DNA from: Ignavibacteriota bacterium
GTDB lineage: Bacteria > Bacteroidota > Ignavibacteria > UBA10030
Reading direction: 5' to 3'
DNA length: 64,000 nt
Assembly (NCBI GenBank): GCA_963701295.1
Contig: OY969585.1
Coordinates: 2,048,001-2,112,000, forward strand
Below the pieces are notes generated by a model, which was given only the letters and a program-made list of their open reading frames with translations, was not told the origin of the DNA and did not search any database. The stretch's first letter is position 1. Each line of letters begins with the position of its first letter. The position numbers and the translations under genes are program-made. This document shows, in pieces, positions 1-9,474 of the stretch.

Positions 1-9
1 AATGACCTC

Positions 10-1182
10 ATGACGGTCAGTGGATTCCTTGGCAGGCCGAACTTTGCGCGCAAGAGTCGTGCTGAGCAGTTGGTATTCATGAACCGACGATTTATTTTTA
101 GCAAGATGATCAATCATGCTGTCTTTCAAGCGTATGAACATTTGTTGGAAAAGGGATCTTTTCCTTTCTTTATTCTGAACCTCACTCTTGATCCACGAAA
201 GGTTGATGTCAACGTTCATCCATCAAAAATGGAAGTAAAATTTGAGAATGACTCAAACATCTATCGGATGATTCTGTCGGTTGTGCGAAGAGCGCTTGCG
301 GAGAATGATTTAGTGCCATCGGTGTCGTTCACAGATGGAAATGCAATATCACCAATTGATGCTAAGCTCCAATTTGATAGTCAGGTTTGGAAAAAGGCAA
401 TAGAGACTCAAACGGGTGCGCCCGTCTTTCCTATTGGTACTAGTGCGCGCCCTGGAGAGCCTAAAGTACTGATGACACCGAACATTATCGGACTCGATGA
501 ATTAAAGCCGTCCGCCTTAAGTTCTGAAGCATCCTTTCCATTCAATGTGTCTTCATCAGCGAATAATCGAATTCTTTCACAGCGTCCATTGGATGACCCA
601 TCCCTATCGCAAGAAAGCAAACCCATTTGGCAAGCACACAATAAGTACATTATCTCACAGATTCGCAATGGATTAATGATTATTGATCAACACGTTGCCC
701 ATGAGCGAATTCTCTATGAACGTATTCTGTCGAATTTTGAAAACAGCTTGCCGTCAATCCAGCAATTATTATTTCCTGAAACGATTGAGGTAAGCACAAG
801 CGACTATTCGCTGGTGAATGAGCTGCACGTACACCTTGAACGGCTCGGTTTTGATTTAAAATTATTTGGTAAAAATACCGTGGTAATTGAAGGGATTCCG
901 GCTGATGTTCGCATTGGGAATGAAAGGAAAATCTTGCAGGATGTGTTGGATGAATTTAAGAACAACGAACACGCTGGTATATTCGATGTGCGCGATAATC
1001 TGGCAAAATCATTCGCATGCAAGGCGGCGATCAAAGCAGGGGATAAGCTGAATATTACTGAGATGGTAGTATTGATCGAACATCTTTTTCTCACCAAGAT
1101 GCCATTTGTTTGTCCGCATGGTAGACCGGTGATCGTAAAGATTCCACTCGAAGAACTTGACAAACGATTTGGCCGAACTTGA
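10..1182 (+). CDS. mutL: DNA mismatch repair endonuclease MutL, C-terminal part (gene starts before the window)
   Basis: VDVNVHPSKMEVKF transducer motif; endonuclease motifs DQHVAHERILYE, ACKAAIK and CPHGRP. Confidence 0.97.
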   Translation: MTVSGFLGRPNFARKSRAEQLVFMNRRFIFSKMINHAVFQAYEHLLEKGSFPFFILNLTLDPRKVDVNVHPSKMEVKFENDSNIYRMILSVVRRALAENDLVPSVSFTDGNAISPIDAKLQFDSQVWKKAIETQTGAPVFPIGTSARPGEPKVLMTPNIIGLDELKPSALSSEASFPFNVSSSANNRILSQRPLDDPSLSQESKPIWQAHNKYIISQIRNGLMIIDQHVAHERILYERILSNFENSLPSIQQLLFPETIEVSTSDYSLVNELHVHLERLGFDLKLFGKNTVVIEGIPADVRIGNERKILQDVLDEFKNNEHAGIFDVRDNLAKSFACKAAIKAGDKLNITEMVVLIEHLFLTKMPFVCPHGRPVIVKIPLEELDKRFGRT

Positions 1183-1234
1183 TTTTCTTCGTTTGAAAAA
1201 AAAACGGAGTATTTTGTCGAAAAGAGAAGGGGCT

Positions 1235-2122
1235 ATGAAGAAGAATATTATCTATGCCTTCAAAATAATACGTCCAAGCCAATGGCTAAAAAATGCATTT
1301 CTTTTTGCGCCATTGATTTTTGCGAAACATCTTTTCGATTTACCATACATTTGGCGGGAAATGCTTGCGTTTAGCGGATTCTGTCTTGTCTCGAGTACCA
1401 TGTATGTTGTCAATGATATTTTCGACTGTGAGGCGGACAAGCTTCACCCGATTAAGCGGAATCGTCCGCTTGCGTCCGGTGCCATCGGTATGCCTCGGGC
1501 TTTTACAATTATTATCATTCTTCTGGTGTTAATAGTATTTATGGTACCGCATCTCAACGTGTATTTTTGGTATACGGTCGTCTTATATGGATTTCTGAAT
1601 ATAGCGTATTCTTTAGGATTAAAACGAGTGGTCTTAGTGGATGTGTTCATTATTGCCGCAGGATTTATGCTGCGTGTACTCGCCGGTGTATTTGCCATCG
1701 AAGTAGAGATTTCCTCTTGGTTGGTTCTTTGTACGCTTTTTGTTTCAGTATTTCTTGCGGTTTCTAAACGGCGTGGTGAGTTAATACTTAGCTCAACCAG
1801 CGAGTCCTTTGATACCAGACCCGTTCTCAAACAATATAATCTCGCGTTTATGGATCAGATTATGACCATAGCGGCATCCGGAATGGCAATTTCCTATGCA
1901 TTATATACAGTCGCTGATCGTACAGTAAAGACCTTTAAAACAGAGAACCTTATTTTTACGACAGTATTTGTCTTGTTTGGCATTTTTCGGTACATTTTTC
2001 TCATGAGGGATAGAAAAATCGATGATAATCCAATGCATTTACTCTTAAGCGATACACCGATGATTGTGAACATTATGGTATGGTTTCTTGTGTGTGTTGT
2101 TATTATTTATTCCCATCATTAA
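1235..2122 (+). CDS. UbiA-family prenyltransferase (decaprenyl-phosphate phosphoribosyltransferase-like)
   Basis: RPxQWLKN, NDIFDxEADKLHPIKRNRPLASG, KRRGEL; multiple TM helices; ATG at 1235 after a purine-rich RBS. Confidence 0.88.
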   Translation: MKKNIIYAFKIIRPSQWLKNAFLFAPLIFAKHLFDLPYIWREMLAFSGFCLVSSTMYVVNDIFDCEADKLHPIKRNRPLASGAIGMPRAFTIIIILLVLIVFMVPHLNVYFWYTVVLYGFLNIAYSLGLKRVVLVDVFIIAAGFMLRVLAGVFAIEVEISSWLVLCTLFVSVFLAVSKRRGELILSSTSESFDTRPVLKQYNLAFMDQIMTIAASGMAISYALYTVADRTVKTFKTENLIFTTVFVLFGIFRYIFLMRDRKIDDNPMHLLLSDTPMIVNIMVWFLVCVVIIYSHH

Positions 2123-2141
2123 ACAAAATGGATTTATTCGT

Positions 2142-3285
2142 GTGAAGCTGCCAAAACCAAGATCACCCCAAAAAATCACAGGTTTCCCAATAGGTTCTTC
2201 CAAGGTCGCTGTCGTGAAGACAACTCCGGAGACAGGTACTGGAAGACACGCAGCGTGCTATGGAGATGGCGGGGATAAAAAGTACTCTCAAACCGGGAGT
2301 GACAACAATATTGAAAGATAATATTTCATGGCATTTCCCATTCCCCGGAGCGAACACAACACCATGGCAGTTGGAAGGTACTGTTCTTGGCTTGAAAAGA
2401 AACGGCTTTCAAGATGTCGTGTGTGTGCAAAATAAGACCGTTGTAACTGATGCATTCAAAGGCGATGATTTAAATAAATACACACCGATATTCAAAAAAT
2501 ATCAGATTCCTGTTTTGTTCAACTTTCGCGAAAAAGACATGACATGGGTTGAATTCAAACCAAAGAGCCCATTACTTGTGCTTGATCAGATATTTTACGA
2601 GGGAATTCGTATACCAAATTATTTCTTTGGCAAGAACATTGTCCATTTGCCGACTGTCAAATGTCATATCCATACAACAACAACAGGTGCAATGAAGAAT
2701 GCGTTCGGCGGATTGCTCAGCACTCATCGACATTATACTCATACTTGGATTCATGAAACACTGGTCGATCTGCTGGCGATACAGAAAGAAGTTCATCCCG
2801 GAATTTTCGCAGTTATGGACGGCACGACTGCCGGTAACGGTCCGGGGCCGCGGACTATGTATCCGGAAGAAAAGAATATAATCCTTGCAAGCGCTGACCA
2901 AGTAGCAATTGATGCAGTCGCAGCAAAGATGATGGGATTTGACCCGCTTTCGATTCGATATATTAATTTGGCTCATCAAGCCGGATTGGGATGCGGTGAT
3001 CCGAGAGAAATAGAAGTCGTTGGAGAAGATGTGTCACTTGTAAATTGGAATTTTTCGGTAGGAACAAATGCCGTCAAGTTTGCCGCAAAAATATTCTGGT
3101 TCGGTCCGTTGAAGAATATGCAGAGCTTCTTCTTCCGGACACCGTTCGTCCATCTATTTATACTCATATCAGAGATTTATCATGATTATTACCGGTGGCT
3201 CTTAAAGGACCGGCCAGTATTTAGAAAATGGCTCAAACAGACACAGTGGGGAAAACTGTTTGCTTCATATCCTCCTATTGAATAG
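2142..3285 (+). pseudogene. DUF362 family (Fe-S-cluster-associated) protein with an apparent +1 frameshift near 2235
   Basis: SKVAVVKTTPET in the 2088 frame joins VLEDTQRAMEMAG in the 2260 frame if one G at 2235/2236 is removed; KDNISWH, HLPTVKCH, TTGAMKNAFGG and DQVAIDAVAAKMMGFDP are DUF362-like. Confidence 0.7.
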
Positions 3286-3306
3286 CCATTGTTTCATGGC
3301 AGGCAG

Positions 3307-4182
3307 ATGACTCCTCGTACTCGAGCGGAATTATATTTGCTTTCCATTACGGTTGTTTGGGGAAGCACATTTGTTCTGACGAAGTTTGTTTTAGAGAATG
3401 CGTCTCCCTTTGTGTACATTTCCATTCGATTCACCGCCGCATCGATTTTATTCTCAGTAATATTCTTTCGAAGATTGTTGGTGATCACAAAGGATGCAAT
3501 CGCGAAGGGTACTATTCTTGGTGTCTTGCTCTTTGTCGGTTTTGCGCTGCAAACTGTGGGATTGAAATATACAACAGCGTCTAAATCTGCATTTGTTACA
3601 GGCCTCATGGTTGTGTTCACACCTTTGTTTCAATTGATCATAGAACGAAAGTCACCCAAAATTGGAAATATTATTGGTGTCGTTTTGGTTGCAATTGGTT
3701 TATTTTTTTTAACTTCTCCCAAAGGCTCAGAGTTCAATCTTGGAGATGCACTAACTCTTATTTGCGCTGTACTGTTTAGTCTCTATACAGTCTTTCTGAG
3801 CATTTTTGGGAAGGGACATGATCCTGCACATCTGACCTTCATGCAATTTGTTTCAACTGCATTGCTTTCGTTGCTGGCTATACCATTTTTGGAAACAGCA
3901 TACATAAATATCAATGGCAATTTTCTCACACTTATAGCATATTTAGCTGTCATGCCAACAGTCGTCGCATTGTACGTTATGGCGAAGTATCAGAAATACA
4001 CGACGCCAACACGGAGCGCAGTCATTTATTCGATGGAACCGCCTCTTGCCGCGCTGTTTGCCTTTTTGATTATTGATGAACAGATAGGAATGGTTGGGAT
4101 TGTTGGAGGAGTATTGATTCTATTGGGGCTAATTATATCGGAATTATCGGATGTCATTTTTAAGCGAAAACCGAAGAAATGA
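3307..4182 (+). CDS. DMT/EamA family transporter
   Basis: WGSTF start, about 10 TM helices, two EamA repeats, SMEP motif. Confidence 0.9.
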   Translation: MTPRTRAELYLLSITVVWGSTFVLTKFVLENASPFVYISIRFTAASILFSVIFFRRLLVITKDAIAKGTILGVLLFVGFALQTVGLKYTTASKSAFVTGLMVVFTPLFQLIIERKSPKIGNIIGVVLVAIGLFFLTSPKGSEFNLGDALTLICAVLFSLYTVFLSIFGKGHDPAHLTFMQFVSTALLSLLAIPFLETAYININGNFLTLIAYLAVMPTVVALYVMAKYQKYTTPTRSAVIYSMEPPLAALFAFLIIDEQIGMVGIVGGVLILLGLIISELSDVIFKRKPKK

Positions 4183-4276
4183 CGCAAACAAAGCTTTGTT
4201 TGAAATAGCGGTTTTTTGATTGTGTCAAGAGCTATACATAGTATTTTTCAGAGAAAAAAAATGATTCAATCAGTAC

Positions 4277-4305
4277 TTGCGGAATTCAAAACCAAAAACT
4301 ATATT
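4277..4305 (+). promoter_or_regulatory. Putative sigma70 promoter, probably giving a nearly leaderless transcript
   Basis: TTGCGG-17nt-TATATT ending 8 nt before the ATG at 4314; no SD sequence. Confidence 0.45.
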
Positions 4306-4313
4306 AAACCTAG

Positions 4314-4724
4314 ATGAAATTGGGGTATAAATATTTTATTGCTACTGCCATTCTGTTATTTGCTTTAACGAGAATGGTATTCGCTCAAAACAATCCTACG
4401 ATAACAAAAGTCGAATCTTTTGATGGTTATATTAGGGTGGAATGGACGATTAACTCAGAAGTGGGCGTCGATCATTATGAAGTATGGAGAAGTAGTGGAA
4501 GTTCCGTTCCTCTCTGTGTTGGAGTCGTACCGCATGGAGTTTTTTACTTAGATGATAAAACCGGTTTATATAAGACAGAAGATCAATATTTTAGCTATCA
4601 AGTGAAAGCTGTAGGAGGTCCCAATGGGCCTATCCAGGGACTGAGTGAAATTAAAGGAATACGCTTTAGCACAAGTTCAACCGCGAAGCGTACGTGGGGC
4701 AGTATTAAGGCGATGTTCCGATAA
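4314..4724 (+). CDS. Secreted hypothetical protein, Fn3/Ig-like beta domain, C-terminal TWGSIKAMFR motif
   Basis: Signal peptide ending VFA-Q; W...YEVWRS...Y.Y.VKAV Fn3-like pattern. Confidence 0.7.
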   Translation: MKLGYKYFIATAILLFALTRMVFAQNNPTITKVESFDGYIRVEWTINSEVGVDHYEVWRSSGSSVPLCVGVVPHGVFYLDDKTGLYKTEDQYFSYQVKAVGGPNGPIQGLSEIKGIRFSTSSTAKRTWGSIKAMFR

Positions 4725-4750
4725 GCTATTGGTTATAAAGAATCTTGAAT

Positions 4751-4777
4751 AAGCGAGCATTATGCGTCGCTTTTTTT
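4751..4777 (+). terminator. Rho-independent terminator
   Basis: AAGCGAGCAT-T-ATGCGTCGCTT hairpin followed by a T-run. Confidence 0.55.
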
Positions 4778-4793
4778 GTTTTTAGGCGTCTTT

Positions 4794-5393
4794 ATGAGAC
4801 CTTTAATTCTTGCATCTCAATCACCTCGTAGAAAAATTCTACTGAAGCAGATTGGATTGAAGTTTCGTGTTATCCCGAGTCATGTTTCGGAAGTGTTATC
4901 TTCAAACCAATCACCCGGTGAAAATGCAAAACGCATTGCAATCGATAAGGCTTCAGAAGTTGCCGTCCGTCTGCACAAAGGGATTGTAATTGGAGCAGAT
5001 ACGATTGTTGTACTCGATCACCATGTCCTCGGCAAACCGTCCTCCCAAGATGATGCGAAGCGGATGTTGAAACTGTTGAGCGGACGTGAGCACTCGGTAT
5101 ACACTGGCTTTGCTTTGATCGATGTGGAATCGAAGAAACACGTAGAAGGATTGGAAGAAACAAAAGTACGATTCCGCATACTGGATGAAAAAGAAATTGT
5201 TTCTTATATCGATTCAGGATCGCCGATGGATAAAGCAGGCTCGTATGGAATTCAAGATGATTTTGGAGCCGTCTTTGTCGAAAAAGTGAATGGATGTTTC
5301 TATAATGTTGTTGGATTTCCTCTTGCTCGTTTTTATTCGACGTTACAGCGGTTTATTGCTTCCTTGGAAGTACAGAGTAAAACGAAAATATAA
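4794..5393 (+). CDS. maf: Maf nucleoside triphosphate pyrophosphatase (YhdE-like)
   Basis: [35 protein letters not shown]. Confidence 0.95.
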   Translation: MRPLILASQSPRRKILLKQIGLKFRVIPSHVSEVLSSNQSPGENAKRIAIDKASEVAVRLHKGIVIGADTIVVLDHHVLGKPSSQDDAKRMLKLLSGREHSVYTGFALIDVESKKHVEGLEETKVRFRILDEKEIVSYIDSGSPMDKAGSYGIQDDFGAVFVEKVNGCFYNVVGFPLARFYSTLQRFIASLEVQSKTKI

Positions 5394-5395
5394 CG

Positions 5396-5809
5396 ATGAA
5401 ACGAAAGATACGAGTCCTTATTGCTAAAGCCGGATTGGATGGCCATGATCGTGGAGCGAAGGTCGTCGCTGCAGCATTGCGGGATGCCGGATTTGAAGTG
5501 ATTTACTCGGGACTTCGTAAAACAGCGGAAGCGATTGTGGAATCCGCATTACAGGAAGATGTCGATGCAATCGGTGTGAGCCTGCTGAGTGGCACACATA
5601 TGACGATCTTTCCCAAAATATTGCAGGTGATGAAAACGAAAGGGATGGAGGATGTGCTTCTATTCGGCGGTGGAATCATTCCTCAAAAAGACATTCAAGA
5701 ATTGAGGAGTATAGGAGTGGGTGAGCTATTTACACCGGGAACTTCGACCGAAGACATCGTTCGTTATCTGCGTACATGGAACATGGATCACCAACGTTAT
5801 TCATCGTAA
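5396..5809 (+). CDS. Stand-alone cobalamin-binding subunit of methylmalonyl-CoA mutase type
   Basis: [13 protein letters not shown] (DxHxxG), SLLSG, GGGIIP, FTPGT. Confidence 0.93.
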   Translation: MKRKIRVLIAKAGLDGHDRGAKVVAAALRDAGFEVIYSGLRKTAEAIVESALQEDVDAIGVSLLSGTHMTIFPKILQVMKTKGMEDVLLFGGGIIPQKDIQELRSIGVGELFTPGTSTEDIVRYLRTWNMDHQRYSS

Positions 5810-5822
5810 TCACTTTGTACAT

Positions 5823-5857
5823 AAAAAACCCGTCGAAAAAAATCCTTGACGGGTTTT
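5823..5857. terminator. Bidirectional terminator between convergent genes
   Basis: AAAACCCGTC...GACGGGTTTT inverted repeat. Confidence 0.75.
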
Positions 5858-5874
5858 GTGATGTAATAGATCTT

Positions 5875-6078
5875 TTAAGCGATCTTTACAACTTTAACAG
5901 CCTGTAAGCCTTTTGGTCCTGTTTCAACTTCGAATTCTACTTTGTCGCCCTCCTTGAGCGTCCTGTAGCCGTCTCCGCTGATGGACTTGTAATGCACGAA
6001 TACGTCTTCACCAGTTTCTCGTTGGATGAAACCGAATCCTTTTGAATTATTAAACCACTTGACTGTACCCTGTTCCAT
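5875..6078 (-). CDS. Cold-shock protein
   Basis: [15 protein letters not shown] (RNP1), DVFVHY (RNP2), GPKGLQA. Confidence 0.97.
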   Translation of the reverse strand: MEQGTVKWFNNSKGFGFIQRETGEDVFVHYKSISGDGYRTLKEGDKVEFEVETGPKGLQAVKVVKIA

Positions 6079-6352
6079 ACGGGTTCGTCCCCTTGATACA
6101 TTGAACATCACACCGCTGATTTGTCTTTCAACGAAAAAGGTGCATGGGATGCTACACCTGTATTGCTCAACCCTATCACAATTCTTATGTGAATCGACTC
6201 ATTTGAAACATACGAACACATTCACTCAGGCTAATGTGATAGTGAAAAACAAATTACGATGAAACAAAACCGGTGCATTGAATTACCTCAGAATATTACA
6301 ATTTGGTATATTAAAATGCAAGTGTCGGCGGCGGGTTTTTCGTTTTATCGAA

Positions 6353-8704
6353 TTATTCTCCTTCAGCTAGCCAAATACCGTAATCCTCGGTGTCCGGTTT
6401 ACCCTCTGCTGTTTCCGGTGCGACTTTACGTTCGAGAATGCGGATGCCTTCATCTGAAAAACCGAATATATCATCTAAAGAAAGAATACGATCGAGTGCG
6501 GTCGGTTCAAAAAATTCCCGGAATTTATTTACTGCTTCATGCAGCTTTTCAAGGTAGTAAGCGGTGTTTTCATTAGCTCCTAGAGTGTCCCAATCTTCAA
6601 CTAAACGTGAAAAACGAGCAACATCGACATCTGTCTCAGTTCCAGAGATATAATACGAGAGAGTGGTATTAGCTTTGACAAAGAGACTTGAACGAACCGC
6701 TGCTTCCAATGCTGGAGAAGGAGTGATCCGACCGGCAGCAATTTCTTTCTGGTACGTCTCCGTATCTATACGTAAAAATTCTGTTTTACAGAAGTCCATG
6801 GGAGTCCAGTTGTGTTTGACAATCTGAGTGTAAGCGGTTGCGTATGTATGATGTAATCGTGTTAGATCGTTCATAAGCATGCATTCAATGAATCGTTGGA
6901 TGAACATTCTTAAATAGCGTTCCATCCCGCGTGCTATGAGACTATTACCTTTGATGAGGACATTGTTGCTCTGATCAAGCACCGCATAGTTACTTTTCCT
7001 GTAGCTGAGCATCTTCTTATAATGATGTAATGACACAAGAGTGATACCACTGGGGAGAGTGTTCGAGAGCCGATCTATAAAAATATCTCGGTTCGCCTCA
7101 CCAATAATATTATCCGGCATGAAGAGAAAGAATCCTTGATCGTCAGATTGGATGATGGTAGCATTAAAGAGTTCGATTTGATGTATGATCTCTTTCAGTA
7201 TTTCTCGGCTCGCAGTAAGTACGATTTCGGCTTGATCTGGATCGTTGTAAAGGCCTTTTGCAGAGCCAAGGGAGAGATGAAAAGAATCGAGCAGACGTTT
7301 CAGTGAATTCAACCGAGCAGCTGGATATGTGTCTCGCGATTGGATTGCATGCTTTTGGTCGAGTATTTTTTGCTGCAAAGAAGTGAGACTTATCAAGAGC
7401 GAGAAAAAAACATCGAGATCATCGGTTCTGGGCTTAATGTTTTGACGGAGGAGCATAGAGGGATATAATCCTTCGAGTTCAATATAGAGGACGTCGGAAA
7501 AGACGCCAATGTGATAAATCTCTGTTGGGATATTGATATTGCGAGAACCTTCCATGGGTTTGGGCACCGAATGTTTTTGCCGTACGTATTCTCTCAGTAT
7601 GAGTGATTCGATGCGTGAAGCCGCGCTCGTATGGATCAGCATTCTGAAATTGAATGGACACATCTGAGCAAGATAAAAAAGTGGAGGAAGAAGTAAGGTG
7701 CTGAGCTCATGTACAATAAGGGCATTTTGCAGAGATTGATTTGCCACTTGCTTTGGTGTGCGTTTCCGTTCTTTCATCAACCGATGAGATGGAAGGGCAT
7801 ATCCTATATCAAGAGGAATTCCGAAATGTTTAGCTAATGAAATCAAACTGAATGATTGCTCAACTTTCTTGGTGTTCATTTCTGTTTCTGCAATTGTTAT
7901 AATGTCCACGAGGTGTCTGCCGAAAACATCGTATGAAAACCATTCGCTTTCACCGAATCCTGCAGTGCTAAATCCGCTCAGTGTCCGCATATCGCTGCCG
8001 CTTCTGCCGATAGCAAATGTTATTTGTTGTCTTTCGCAAGCACGACCGAGAGCCGGTAGAATCGTTCCGAATAAATCATATCCCTCAATAATGTCAGGAT
8101 CAATTTCGTTGATGTGCTGGATACATTGTTTCAAGACAACCTGTTCATTTTGTTTTGGGGTTTTCAGGATATATTTGTTTCCATCACTTGTGAGAAGTGT
8201 GATGACGAGTATGTGTTCTTCAAAATTCTTACTGCCTCGTTTCTTTCCTGTTGCAGGCGCATATTGGACATCGATATGAAGACGTACAAGATCCTCAAAT
8301 TCCATTCCTTTGAACAATGTTGTTCCGGATTGCAAAAGAAACTGGCGTACCGGATCGGCACGAACCAGGATTTCTTTTAACTCCTGATACGATGAGATAC
8401 GCGGCGAATGGCTTTTATTGTATTGTCGAAGAATGCAGTGCACTGCTTCCCACATTTCACTCCAGCGGGAGAATGCTGCGATGAACTGATAGAAGTTGTT
8501 CCCGGCAAGCCTCTTCAGCCAGAATTTTTTTTGGAATTCCTTGATAAGCGCTTCGTCCGTTAGAAAAAAGAAGGGGAAGAATTCCACATCTCTGTGGTGA
8601 ATCTTCCCCTCAACTCGCTTGAACAACCTGATCATCTGATCGTTCAACTGTTGGACGGCAACAATGCGCTCTTCAGGATTATGTCCGTAGAGCAATGAGT
8701 CCAT
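6353..8704 (-). CDS. Family-B DNA polymerase homolog with degenerate catalytic motifs (predicted inactive)
   Basis: PolB layout recognisable (DPDIIEG, GRHLVD, LYPS, KSNYA, LIKG), but motif A reads ELEGLYPS, motif B KRLLDSFHLSLG, motif C SDDQG and ExoI DVQ. Confidence 0.8.
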   Translation of the reverse strand: MDSLLYGHNPEERIVAVQQLNDQMIRLFKRVEGKIHHRDVEFFPFFFLTDEALIKEFQKKFWLKRLAGNNFYQFIAAFSRWSEMWEAVHCILRQYNKSHSPRISSYQELKEILVRADPVRQFLLQSGTTLFKGMEFEDLVRLHIDVQYAPATGKKRGSKNFEEHILVITLLTSDGNKYILKTPKQNEQVVLKQCIQHINEIDPDIIEGYDLFGTILPALGRACERQQITFAIGRSGSDMRTLSGFSTAGFGESEWFSYDVFGRHLVDIITIAETEMNTKKVEQSFSLISLAKHFGIPLDIGYALPSHRLMKERKRTPKQVANQSLQNALIVHELSTLLLPPLFYLAQMCPFNFRMLIHTSAASRIESLILREYVRQKHSVPKPMEGSRNINIPTEIYHIGVFSDVLYIELEGLYPSMLLRQNIKPRTDDLDVFFSLLISLTSLQQKILDQKHAIQSRDTYPAARLNSLKRLLDSFHLSLGSAKGLYNDPDQAEIVLTASREILKEIIHQIELFNATIIQSDDQGFFLFMPDNIIGEANRDIFIDRLSNTLPSGITLVSLHHYKKMLSYRKSNYAVLDQSNNVLIKGNSLIARGMERYLRMFIQRFIECMLMNDLTRLHHTYATAYTQIVKHNWTPMDFCKTEFLRIDTETYQKEIAAGRITPSPALEAAVRSSLFVKANTTLSYYISGTETDVDVARFSRLVEDWDTLGANENTAYYLEKLHEAVNKFREFFEPTALDRILSLDDIFGFSDEGIRILERKVAPETAEGKPDTEDYGIWLAEGE

Positions 8705-8707
8705 TCA

Positions 8708-9472
8708 TCATTTCTGCAGTTTGTCCATAGTCATAAACGGTCTCAGCAAATCGATAGGCACGGGGAAAATGGTGGTGGAATTATTCTCCGTAGCAATCTC
8801 GCGAAGTGTTTGCAGATAACGCAGCGTAAGAGCGCTAGGCTGCTCGCTCAACACTTTTGCCGCATCTGAAAGCCGCTGTGATGCCTGGAATTCACCTTCC
8901 GCCGCGATAACTTTGGAGCGGCGTTCGCGCTCGGCTTCTGCCTGTTTTGCCATTGCCCGCTGCATTTCCTGTGGCAGGTCGATCTGTTTCACTTCAACAT
9001 TGGATACCTTCACACCCCACGGTTCTGTGTGGCTGTCAATAATTTGTTGAAGCTTCTGGTTAATCTTGTCGCGCTGTGAAAGAAGATCATCTAATTCGGA
9101 TTGTCCGAGCACGCTTCGCAATGTTGTCTGCGAAAGCTGGGAGGTAGCGAACAAATAATTTTCAACCGATACAACGGCTTTTTCTGGCTGCATTACACGG
9201 AAGTACACAACAGCGTTTACTTTCAACGAGACATTATCCTGTGTAATGATATCCTGCGGTGGAACATCCATAACGACTGTTCGCAGGCTCACCTTCACCA
9301 TTCTATCAATACCGGGCCATAACCAGACAAGTCCGGGCCCCTTGACTCCTAACAACCGTCCTAAGCGGAATATGACACCGCGATCATATTCGCGCAAAAT
9401 TTTAATTGAATTGACTGCGAGAAGAAAAAATGCAAATCCTAAAAGAAATATATATATAAATCCTGGTTCCAT
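8708..9472 (-). CDS. SPFH/band 7 stomatin-like (slipin) protein
   Basis: [42 protein letters not shown]. Confidence 0.96.
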   Translation of the reverse strand: MEPGFIYIFLLGFAFFLLAVNSIKILREYDRGVIFRLGRLLGVKGPGLVWLWPGIDRMVKVSLRTVVMDVPPQDIITQDNVSLKVNAVVYFRVMQPEKAVVSVENYLFATSQLSQTTLRSVLGQSELDDLLSQRDKINQKLQQIIDSHTEPWGVKVSNVEVKQIDLPQEMQRAMAKQAEAERERRSKVIAAEGEFQASQRLSDAAKVLSEQPSALTLRYLQTLREIATENNSTTIFPVPIDLLRPFMTMDKLQK

Positions 9473-9474
9473 AA

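Noticed and set aside
5396-5809. B12-binding domain without a mutase catalytic subunit
   Set aside because: Split mutases with unlinked subunits are common; nothing further is visible here.
6026-6576. Plus-strand ORFs upstream of csp
   Set aside because: They overlap csp, its leader and the PolB 3' end, with no protein features.
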